Positions 9,162 to 16,352 of a stretch of DNA of 39,322 bases are shown piece after piece (within the stretch, counting starts at the first letter, position 1; each line of letters starts with the position of its first letter). The stretch spans positions 1 through 39,322 of the forward strand of contig JANMST010000255.1 of NCBI GenBank assembly GCA_031389635.1. The letters run 5' to 3'. The translations under genes were made by a program, and so were the position numbers. Below the pieces are notes generated by a model. That model was given only the letters and a program-made list of their open reading frames with translations, did not search any database and was not told the DNA's origin. This stretch comes from Acidimicrobiia bacterium (GTDB taxonomy: Bacteria > Actinomycetota > Acidimicrobiia > Spongiisociales > ZC4RG35).

Positions 9162-9197
9162 GCGGGGCTCCGGTTCCCCCCCTTGCCGGAGCCCCGC
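9162..9197 (+). other. Perfect 12-bp stem-loop in the gcvP leader
   Basis: GCGGGGCTCCGG (9162-9173) pairs with CCGGAGCCCCGC (9186-9197), with a 12-nt C-rich loop. No U-tract follows; a pyrimidine tract (9197-9215) does. Confidence 0.7.
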
Positions 9198-9313
9198 CTC
9201 TCTTCCCTCCTCTTCAGTTGGCGCCTCCTCATGGCGGGGGACCCTCGCCTTTCGTTGTGATCGATGTCGCGATTAGTCGAGCCGATGGCGCTACATTCAC
9301 TTTGCCTGTGACG

Positions 9314-9394
9314 CCGGGCGGGAGAGACCATCATGGGATGGTCGCCGAAGGGGCAACGCATCCCCGCAAACTCTCAGGCCGATGGACCGCCCGG
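9314..9394 (+). promoter_or_regulatory. Glycine riboswitch aptamer
   Basis: P1 is CCGGGCG (9314-9320) paired with CGCCCGG (9388-9394). Conserved cores are GGAGAG (9321-9326), CGCCGAAGGGGCAA (9343-9356), CTCTCAGGC (9371-9379) and GGAC (9384-9387). P2 hairpin is GACCATC/GATGGTC. It sits directly upstream of gcvP. Confidence 0.85.
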
Positions 9395-9453
9395 CTGAGG
9401 CGAGGCTGAAGGCGCCGGGCCGACAGTCGGGGGACGGAAAAGAAGGGAGCCTT

Positions 9454-12285
9454 ATGGAGGCCCTTTCGGGATTTCCAGACCGACATATCGGGCCCCGACC
9501 CGCCGACATCGCCAAGATGCTGGCCGAGATCGGTGCCGATTCGCTCGACGACCTCATCGCCCAGACGGTGCCGAAGGGAATCAGGACCGACCGGGCTCTC
9601 GCCCTTGGTCCTGCGCTTTCCGAAGTGGCCTCGCTGGCCGAGCTCTCAAAGCTGGCTGCCCGCAACGAGGTGTTCACTTCCATGATCGGACTCGGCTACT
9701 ACGACACGATCACCCCGCCGGTCATCCTTCGCAACGTTCTCGAGAACCCCGCGTGGTACACCGCCTACACGCCCTATCAGGCTGAGATCTCCCAGGGCCG
9801 TCTCGAGATGCTCCTCACCTTCCAAACCATGGTTTCCGATCTCACCGGCCTCGAGATCGCCAACGCGTCTCTGCTGGACGAAGGCACCGCAGCCGCAGAA
9901 GCGATGACGATGTGCCGGCGCCTGGGACCGGCTGACCGGTCGATCTTCTGGGTCGACGAAGACTGCCATCCGCAAACGATCGCCGTGGTTCAAACCCGCG
10001 GAGAGCCGCTCGGAATCGAGGTGAAGGTCGCCACCCCGTCCGGCTTCGACTTCGCTGCATCCTTCGGAGCGCTTCTGGCGTATCCGGGGTCGAGTGGAGC
10101 GATCCAGGATCATCGACCGACCATCGCCACCGCTCACGAGGCCGGGGCTCTAGTCGCAGTCGTGACAGATCTCCTCGCCCTCACCTTGCTCTCGTCGCCC
10201 GGTTCGCAGGGCGCCGACATCGCGGTCGGCTCCTCGCAGCGCTTCGGAGTCCCGCTTGGCTTTGGCGGTCCCCATGCCGGGTTCATTGCAACCAGAGAAT
10301 CGCTGGTGAGGGCATTACCGGGCCGACTCGTAGGAGTATCCAAGGACACTGGCGGACGAGTTGCCTTCCGTCTTTCCCTGCAGACCCGCGAACAGCACAT
10401 AAGGCGCGAGAAGGCGACGTCGAATGTATGTACCGCCCAGGTGCTGCTGGCCGTCATGGCCGCGCTCTATGCCTGCTGGCACGGGCCTGAAGGCCTCGTT
10501 GCGATCGCACGGCGGGTGAATCAACTGGCCGGAAGGCTCGCCGGCGAACTGGGCGCCGCCGGTGTGCGGGTCGAGAACCAGACCTGGTTCGACACGCTCA
10601 CCGTGAACGTGCCGGGCCGCGCCGGTGAGGTGGTCGGCAGTGCATTGCTGGCCGGCATCAACCTGCGAATCGTCGATCCCGACCGGGTGGGCATCTCCTT
10701 CGACGAGGTCAGCGCACCTGAAATCGTCGATGCACTGATTGGGGCCTTTGGAATTCTCGACCAACAAGGCAGCGAGTTGGACGGCGTCCCGCCGGCACTC
10801 GTCCGGTCGGGCGAGTTCCTCACCCACGACGTCTTCCATCGTTACCGGTCCGAGCATGAGATGTTGCGCTATTTGCGCCGCCTGGCCGACCGCGACCTCG
10901 CCCTCGATCGCTCGATGATCCCCCTCGGCTCGTGCACCATGAAGCTAAATGCCACCTCCGAGATGATCCCCATCACCTGGGAGGGCTTTGCCAGGATGCA
11001 TCCTTTTGCGCCGCTCAACCAGGCAGCCGGATACATGGAGCTGATCGAGCGGTTGCAGGCCTACCTCGTTGAGATCACCGGGTATGACCGCGTGTCGTTG
11101 CAACCCAACGCCGGGTCGCAGGGAGAGCTCTCCGGCCTTCTGGCCATCCGGGCCTATCACCGCAGCAGGGGTGAAAGCAATCGGGTGGTTTGCTTGATCC
11201 CATCGTCGGCTCACGGAACCAACGCTGCGTCGGCAGTCATGGCCGGCATGGACGTTGTCGTCGTTGCATGTGACGAGCGCGGCAACGTGGACGTCGCAGA
11301 CCTCCTTGCCAAAGCCGAGCTTCATCGCGACCGGCTCTCGGCGGTGATGCTCACCTATCCCTCGACACATGGTGTCTTCGAGGAAGCCGTTGAAGAGTTC
11401 TGCCGCATTGTCCATGACCATGGCGGACAGGTGTATCTCGACGGTGCCAATCTCAACGCGATGGTGGGTGTGGCGCGACCGGGGAAGTTCGGGGCGGACG
11501 TTTCCCACCTGAACTTGCACAAGACTTTCACGATTCCGCACGGTGGAGGCGGGCCTGGCATCGGGCCGATCGGGGTCAAGGAGCACCTGGCTCCGTTCCT
11601 TCCCAACCATCCGATGCGATCCGAGGCCGGGCCTGCAACCGGAATCGGCCCGGTGGCTTCGGCGCCCTGGGGCTCGGCGGGGATCTTGCCTATCTCCTAC
11701 GCATACATTCGGATGATGGGAGCCGAGGGACTCCGAAAGGCAACCGAGGTGGCGATCCTGAATGCCAACTATCTCGCGACCCGGCTGCATCCCCACTATC
11801 CGGTCCTCTACGCCGGCTCCCGCGGCCGCGTTGCCCATGAGTGCATCCTCGATGTGCGTCCCATCACCAAAGCGACCGGTATCACTGCCGAGGACGTTGC
11901 CAAGCGTCTTGCCGACTACGGATTCCACGCTCCGACCCTCAGCTTCCCGGTGGCCGGGACCCTCATGGTCGAACCCACCGAGAGCGAGGTGATCGAAGAA
12001 CTCGACCGATTCTGCGATGCGATGATCGCGATTCGGGGCGAGATCGCCAGGGTCGAGTCCGGGGAGTGGCCCGCCGCCGAGAGCCCATTGCGGATGGCTC
12101 CGCATCCAGCCGCGGACGTCGTCTCAAGCACCTGGGATCGCCCGTATTCCAGGGAAACCGCGGCATTTCCCGATCCGAGGCTGCGACTTGGAAAGTATTG
12201 GCCGCCGGTCTCGAGAATCGATGGTCCCGGAGGCGACCGCAATCTCATCTGCGCATGCCCACCGCTTGATGCCTATAACCCTTGA
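9454..12285 (+). CDS. gcvP: Glycine dehydrogenase (decarboxylating), single-chain P-protein of the glycine cleavage system
   Basis: Start set at the ATG at 9454 ([14 protein letters not shown]), with SD GAAGGGAG at 9442-9449. The track start at 9382 lies inside the riboswitch. Long GcvP-typical sequence includes [14 protein letters not shown] (PLP-Lys region). 943 aa. Confidence 0.92.
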   Translation: MEALSGFPDRHIGPRPADIAKMLAEIGADSLDDLIAQTVPKGIRTDRALALGPALSEVASLAELSKLAARNEVFTSMIGLGYYDTITPPVILRNVLENPAWYTAYTPYQAEISQGRLEMLLTFQTMVSDLTGLEIANASLLDEGTAAAEAMTMCRRLGPADRSIFWVDEDCHPQTIAVVQTRGEPLGIEVKVATPSGFDFAASFGALLAYPGSSGAIQDHRPTIATAHEAGALVAVVTDLLALTLLSSPGSQGADIAVGSSQRFGVPLGFGGPHAGFIATRESLVRALPGRLVGVSKDTGGRVAFRLSLQTREQHIRREKATSNVCTAQVLLAVMAALYACWHGPEGLVAIARRVNQLAGRLAGELGAAGVRVENQTWFDTLTVNVPGRAGEVVGSALLAGINLRIVDPDRVGISFDEVSAPEIVDALIGAFGILDQQGSELDGVPPALVRSGEFLTHDVFHRYRSEHEMLRYLRRLADRDLALDRSMIPLGSCTMKLNATSEMIPITWEGFARMHPFAPLNQAAGYMELIERLQAYLVEITGYDRVSLQPNAGSQGELSGLLAIRAYHRSRGESNRVVCLIPSSAHGTNAASAVMAGMDVVVVACDERGNVDVADLLAKAELHRDRLSAVMLTYPSTHGVFEEAVEEFCRIVHDHGGQVYLDGANLNAMVGVARPGKFGADVSHLNLHKTFTIPHGGGGPGIGPIGVKEHLAPFLPNHPMRSEAGPATGIGPVASAPWGSAGILPISYAYIRMMGAEGLRKATEVAILNANYLATRLHPHYPVLYAGSRGRVAHECILDVRPITKATGITAEDVAKRLADYGFHAPTLSFPVAGTLMVEPTESEVIEELDRFCDAMIAIRGEIARVESGEWPAAESPLRMAPHPAADVVSSTWDRPYSRETAAFPDPRLRLGKYWPPVSRIDGPGGDRNLICACPPLDAYNP

Positions 12286-12306
12286 TCGGTGCCTTAGAAT
12301 CTCTAC

Positions 12307-13581
12307 TTGACGGCCTCTCCCTCTGTGGGAACGTGTTCCGAGCAGGGGCGCGATCGGGGCCTTAGGAAACAAGTGCAATTCAAAGGTTCAGTCCGTGCCC
12401 CGGGTGACAAGGACCCGGGTGTCAGGGTGGTTCTCGAGATCGACGAGTACCACCTTGAGATTCGACGCGACTCGGAGTTGATCGGGCGCTACTACCTTGC
12501 CGAAGTCGAGGTCGCCAGGGACATTGCCGAGAGGTTCATCCTTTTTCTCGGCGACGATGAGGTCGAGTTCCTGGCCGACGATGCCCTCCAGTTCGCCTAT
12601 GGCGGTGTCACCGCTATGCAGGATGGATGGCTTTCTGCTCAGAAGAGAAAGCGTCGTCATCGTCGGGCAGCCGAGGATTCCGCCAGGCGCAAGGACGGAG
12701 AGCCGCCTATGGAGGTGGAAGCCCCGATTGCCCGCTCCCTCCACGTCTCCGACTCGGACACCATCAGGAGCCGGCGCCGCCAGGCCGGAGCGAAGTCGTC
12801 CGAACCGGCTGCGCCCGAGCGCACCGTTGCCGTGCGACCTGCCCCGATCGCTGAGGTGCCGCCCATCGAGACCCGCTCGGATACCCGCAAGGAACGCAAG
12901 AAGGTCGCGGCGGCCAAGGCCTCGCCATCGGCGGAGGCGCGGCAGAAGGTCGCCCCGATCAAGCGGGATGAACCCGTGCCGGTCGAAAGGGCACCGGAAA
13001 CACCCAAACCCAGAGCGCCGGCTAAACCGGCCGCCGCCTCCGGGCGCAGATCAAGAGGAGGCAAGGACTCCGTATCCATCGCAGCCCGCCTGGGCGATTC
13101 GACTCCGAAAGCCGCCCCGGAGCTCGCCGAAGCAGCCATGGTCGAATCAGCCGTTTCTCAAGCAGACCCGACGGAGACGGCGCCGGAGAGAGTCGTCGAC
13201 ACCTCGCTGGCGGCCCGGCGGAAGAAGATCACCGCCGACGCCAAGCCCAAAGATCCCGACGATCTTGGCCGGGTTCGGGTTCCCGAACCGGTGTCGGGCA
13301 CCGGGGCGACATTGTCACCCGAACGTCGCGCCGAGGCCAGTGCCACTCTCATCGAGCAAACCCGGATGGAGGTCGACGTTGACAACGACGACGCCCGGTT
13401 TTCGCAGGAAGGTCATCATCCCTTCGAAACCAGCACTGGTTTGCTGGCAAAACTACGCCGCCAGCCCAAGCTCCCTGATGACCACAAACACAAGTTCAAG
13501 GAGGCGGGATCATCCGTCGGCCTGGTCCGGCGGGTCTGCATCGAGTGCGCATATGTCTCCATCGGGAGCGACGACGACTAG
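12307..13581 (+). CDS. Hypothetical protein: small N-terminal globular domain, ~300-aa Lys/Arg/Pro/Ala-rich low-complexity region, C-terminal CIEC-containing tail
   Basis: Third-position GC bias and protein-like termini favour this frame. The start is uncertain: TTG at 12307, or GTG at 12373 preceded by AGGAAA. No family recognised. Confidence 0.6.
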   Translation: MTASPSVGTCSEQGRDRGLRKQVQFKGSVRAPGDKDPGVRVVLEIDEYHLEIRRDSELIGRYYLAEVEVARDIAERFILFLGDDEVEFLADDALQFAYGGVTAMQDGWLSAQKRKRRHRRAAEDSARRKDGEPPMEVEAPIARSLHVSDSDTIRSRRRQAGAKSSEPAAPERTVAVRPAPIAEVPPIETRSDTRKERKKVAAAKASPSAEARQKVAPIKRDEPVPVERAPETPKPRAPAKPAAASGRRSRGGKDSVSIAARLGDSTPKAAPELAEAAMVESAVSQADPTETAPERVVDTSLAARRKKITADAKPKDPDDLGRVRVPEPVSGTGATLSPERRAEASATLIEQTRMEVDVDNDDARFSQEGHHPFETSTGLLAKLRRQPKLPDDHKHKFKEAGSSVGLVRRVCIECAYVSIGSDDD

Positions 13582-13638
13582 GTCGCCAAATCGGTAATCA
13601 CATGCTTGTGACTTTCCTGCCAGTACCATTTCCAGATA

Positions 13639-14592
13639 ATGACAGAAGTTGTCACCCTCGACTCTCGCCGCTCCCCTGATCGCTCGCTGAATACCGCCGT
13701 TCAGGTGGTCGCGGTAATCACCGACAGTGCTTCCCGTGTCCTGCTGCGCCACTCCGACGTTTGCGACCTCTGGGAATTGCCGGTTGTGGTTCTGTCGGGG
13801 GGCGAGACCCCCAGTGAGACGGCAACCCATGTGGTTGAAAGCCTCGGCCTGGTGCCGCGGCGGCCACAGCCGATCGGCGGGTTCCGGGGTGGCGAGCTCG
13901 ACACGCTCGTCCTGGGCTATCGGGTGGAAGTGGATAGCGGGTCCAGCGATTCCGGGTTGTTCTTGCCCTTGCACCTCGCCCCGCTCAACGCCGACCCCCG
14001 CCACAGCGCTATTGCCCATCGGGCCCTCGCCTCGATGGAGCCCGTCGAGGAGCGACTTGGCCAGGTCAGCGGCGATGCTCACCTGACAGAGTTGCGGATG
14101 GGGGAGGAGTTGCCGTCATCCTGCCCGATAGCGATCGCATCGTTTCTCGACATCGTCAACGCCAGGTTGAGCGAGTCACGAGGACCCGAGCGGGCTCCGT
14201 GGCTCGAGCGCCTTGCCGAGTTGATGATCATCGATGGCCGATCGCACGTCGCCGGCGATTTGTTGGCCGAGTCATTCGAACTGGCGTCGACAGCCGGAGA
14301 CACCGAGACGATGGCCCGGGCCGACATTCGGATCTCCGAGCTCGACGATCCCGCTGCCGGTGAGATGCGCGCCTGGTGGTGGGTCTCGAAGCTGTCTACA
14401 CCCGGCGCGTTTTCCCATCTCGACATTCCGTTCGCATACCTCGGCGCTTACGCCAACCGCCGACGGCGGTCCCGTGAGGCGGATGCGTACTTCCGCCGGG
14501 CGCTGGTGCTCTCGGAGAATTCGGCCCGCCGGGCATGGATCAAGAGCTCGATGGCAGCGCGACCGCTGCCGGCCGCCCGCGTCACTGCCTAG
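13639..14592 (+). CDS. Hypothetical protein: Nudix-fold-like N-terminus with a degenerate Nudix box, helical-repeat (TPR-like) C-terminus
   Basis: 317 aa with an ATG start. LSGGETPSETATHVVESLGL resembles GX5EX7REUXEEXGU but lacks the RE..EE acidic residues. Strong third-position GC supports this frame. Confidence 0.6.
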   Translation: MTEVVTLDSRRSPDRSLNTAVQVVAVITDSASRVLLRHSDVCDLWELPVVVLSGGETPSETATHVVESLGLVPRRPQPIGGFRGGELDTLVLGYRVEVDSGSSDSGLFLPLHLAPLNADPRHSAIAHRALASMEPVEERLGQVSGDAHLTELRMGEELPSSCPIAIASFLDIVNARLSESRGPERAPWLERLAELMIIDGRSHVAGDLLAESFELASTAGDTETMARADIRISELDDPAAGEMRAWWWVSKLSTPGAFSHLDIPFAYLGAYANRRRRSREADAYFRRALVLSENSARRAWIKSSMAARPLPAARVTA

Positions 14593-14602
14593 CCCTTGTC
14601 CC

Positions 14603-14628
14603 CCTGTCCCCCCGCTTGCGGGGGGACC
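14603..14628. terminator. GC-rich palindromic hairpin; copy 2 (inverted) of the element at 6733-6757
   Basis: CCTGTCCCCCCGCTTGCGGGGGGACC is the reverse complement of the 6733-6757 element plus one extra C. It starts 11 nt after the stop of 13639-14592. Confidence 0.6.
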
Positions 14629-14734
14629 GACCGAGGCTTTGCGAGGGCGAGGGGGGTGCGCGAACTCTCGACGTAATCCTTCCTCACCGCGCCGCCGGTC
14701 CGTCACGAGAAGACACGATTCTCCGGTTGACCTC

Positions 14735-14771
14735 AAAAAAAGAACGGGCCCACCAAATGGTGGGCCCGTTC
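14735..14771 (-). terminator. Rho-independent terminator of the histone-like gene
   Basis: On the minus strand, a perfect 13-bp stem GAACGGGCCCACC/GGTGGGCCCGTTC (14742-14771) has a 4-nt loop and is followed by TTTTTTT (complement of 14735-14741). Confidence 0.85.
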
Positions 14772-14796
14772 TCTTGCTGGTTAAGCGACGAAGCTC

Positions 14797-14982
14797 TTAG
14801 CGCTTCTTCGCGGGCGCCTTCTTGGCGGCTCGCTTGACGGCCTTCTTGGCGGGCGCCTTCTTGACGGCTCGCTTGACGGCCTTCTTGGCTGGAGCCTTCT
14901 TCTTGGCTGGAGCCTTCTTCACGGCCTTCTTCGGCGCTGCCCTCTTGGCGGGCGCCTTCTTGGCCGCTTTCTTGGTTGCCAT
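14797..14982 (-). CDS. Small Lys/Ala-rich histone H1-like / nucleoid-associated basic protein
   Basis: 61 aa, MATKKAAKKAPAKRAAPKKAVKKAPAKK..., made of AKKA/PAKK repeats. ATG at 14982 has a perfect AAGGAGGAAA SD (complement of 14985-14994). The track start at 15057 is rejected. Confidence 0.8.
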   Translation of the reverse strand: MATKKAAKKAPAKRAAPKKAVKKAPAKKKAPAKKAVKRAVKKAPAKKAVKRAAKKAPAKKR

Positions 14983-15046
14983 GTTTCCTCCTTGTCCTCG
15001 CACCATTTCTCGAAGGCGAATCCTTCGTGGTGCGTAGACGTTGCAG

Positions 15047-15074
15047 AGAGTATTCAAGCTGTCCGCAGTATCAA
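15047..15074 (-). promoter_or_regulatory. Candidate promoter of the histone-like gene
   Basis: Minus strand reads TTGATA (15074-15069), 16-nt spacer, TACTCT (15052-15047), in an AT-richer stretch. By eye only. Confidence 0.25.
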
Positions 15075-15136
15075 AGAAATGGATTGCTTAACAGCATGAA
15101 GCAGAATCCACAGAGGCCGGTTTGCCGAAGAAGATT

Positions 15137-16330
15137 TCAACTGGAGGTCGTGAATTCGGCGATGGCTCGCTCGACCATTTGATGTAAGTACGAATCGGCG
15201 AACGTGTGACCTCTTACTGCAATCCGAAGCGCGTAGTGAAGGACCCGGCCGACCCACAAGCGAAACGCGAGGTCGGACCAATCTTCGTCGTCCGGCACAA
15301 ATCGATCGAGCAGGATCGCCAGCGTTATCAGCCACGTCTCCTCGTCGAGCCATGAGGTGTCGGGCCACTCGCGCCACAACCGCGCTCGAATTGCGACCTG
15401 CTCCGGAAAATGGGCGGTGAGCAGGGCATCCTGTCGCGGGGTCCAGTTGTTCGACAACAGACGCTGCGTCGCTTCGATGTCGAAACCGATCTGCTGGGCG
15501 ATCTGTTGGGACACCGAGTCGGAAGGCTCACTCATTCGCCGTACCGATGGGATGACCGGGTCACTGGTAGAACGCAGCCTCTGCAAGGCTGCGAGGCACT
15601 CGACCATCATCACTTTGATGTCGGTCAAGGATGAATAGAGGGCATGATCCTTTCCGCGGGCGATATAGGACTCGTAGACCGGGAGACCATGCGCGATGGT
15701 CGCGAAAGTAATCGCGGTATCCACCCCCCAATCGCTTTGCGACTTCACCCGCGCGTCGGCAGCGATGATTGCGGCTGCCTCGCGTGTGAAGGCCAGTTCG
15801 CCTGATAGCGGTTGCTCGATCGTTGGAAGCTGCGATTGCGGCCACAACACGGAGAACCCGAGGCGCGTCACCATCCAGGTGATCATCGCATCGGTCGCCG
15901 CCCGCGGATAGAAGTGGCGAACCGCCTGGTACCCAAGGTCGAGGGCGGTCTCGGCTTTGCTGATCCAGTCACCGTCGAACGTCTTGATGTCGGCGTCGTA
16001 GAAGTGAATCCTCTCGAATTCGCCCTGCTCCAGGAACACGTGGAATCCGGTGTTGATTGCATCGCCCTTGCCGGGCCGCAGGGTCCCGATACGCTCTTGC
16101 GGCAAAGCGCGGACCCGCGGCCCGATGCCGGTCACGGCCGCCTCGATCGCGTGATGGGTTTCTTCGTGATCACCGGTGACCGCCAGCACCAACCCCACCG
16201 ACGGATGAGCGGCCGCCGCTCTCAGATTGCGGACGACGACATCGAGGTCCTCGTTGAGAACCGGAATGACGACGAGGCTGCGAGCTTCTCGGGAGGATGG
16301 GTGGGAGGAGGACGGAGATACGTCCGGCAC
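15137..16330 (-). CDS. mgs: Mannosylglycerate synthase-like glycosyltransferase (GT78-like, Rhodothermus marinus MGS type)
   Basis: 397 aa. SLVVIPVLNE, GTLRPGKGDAINTG, ERIHFYDADI (DXD), RAATDAMITWMVTR and IEQPLSGE match, as far as I recall it, the R. marinus mannosylglycerate synthase sequence and length. The only in-frame start is GTG at 16330. It is divergent from manC. Confidence 0.55.
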   Translation of the reverse strand: MPDVSPSSSHPSSREARSLVVIPVLNEDLDVVVRNLRAAAAHPSVGLVLAVTGDHEETHHAIEAAVTGIGPRVRALPQERIGTLRPGKGDAINTGFHVFLEQGEFERIHFYDADIKTFDGDWISKAETALDLGYQAVRHFYPRAATDAMITWMVTRLGFSVLWPQSQLPTIEQPLSGELAFTREAAAIIAADARVKSQSDWGVDTAITFATIAHGLPVYESYIARGKDHALYSSLTDIKVMMVECLAALQRLRSTSDPVIPSVRRMSEPSDSVSQQIAQQIGFDIEATQRLLSNNWTPRQDALLTAHFPEQVAIRARLWREWPDTSWLDEETWLITLAILLDRFVPDDEDWSDLAFRLWVGRVLHYALRIAVRGHTFADSYLHQMVERAIAEFTTSS

Positions 16331-16352
16331 AGGCTCGGTACCCTAATTGTCT

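Noticed and set aside
9040-9313. Possible first aptamer of a tandem glycine riboswitch upstream of the clear aptamer
   Set aside because: No GGAGAG, CCGAAGGGGCAA or CUCAGG cores are present in this stretch. The hairpins there do not fit the aptamer architecture.
10945-12105. 386-aa ORF antisense to gcvP
   Set aside because: gcvP is unambiguous across this span. The antisense translation is low-complexity with no recognisable family.
12360-12366. Recurrence of CCTNAGG heptamers (95-101, 12360-12366, 27650-27656, 27686-27692) as a possible dispersed motif
   Set aside because: A 7-mer is expected to occur a few times by chance in 39 kb on two strands. Only the 12-nt match between 93-104 and 27685-27696 seemed worth reporting.
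12497-13597. 366-aa alternative-frame ORF overlapping the hypothetical gene 12307-13581
   Set aside because: The translation is extremely Arg/Pro/Ser-rich, typical of an off-frame read of GC-rich coding DNA. The 12307 frame has protein-like N- and C-terminal segments. Because this is a low-complexity region, the choice should still be confirmed experimentally.
13510-14082. 190-aa minus-strand ORF overlapping 13639-14592
   Set aside because: The plus-strand frame shows strong third-position G/C bias and runs for 317 codons from an ATG. The minus ORF has no motifs.
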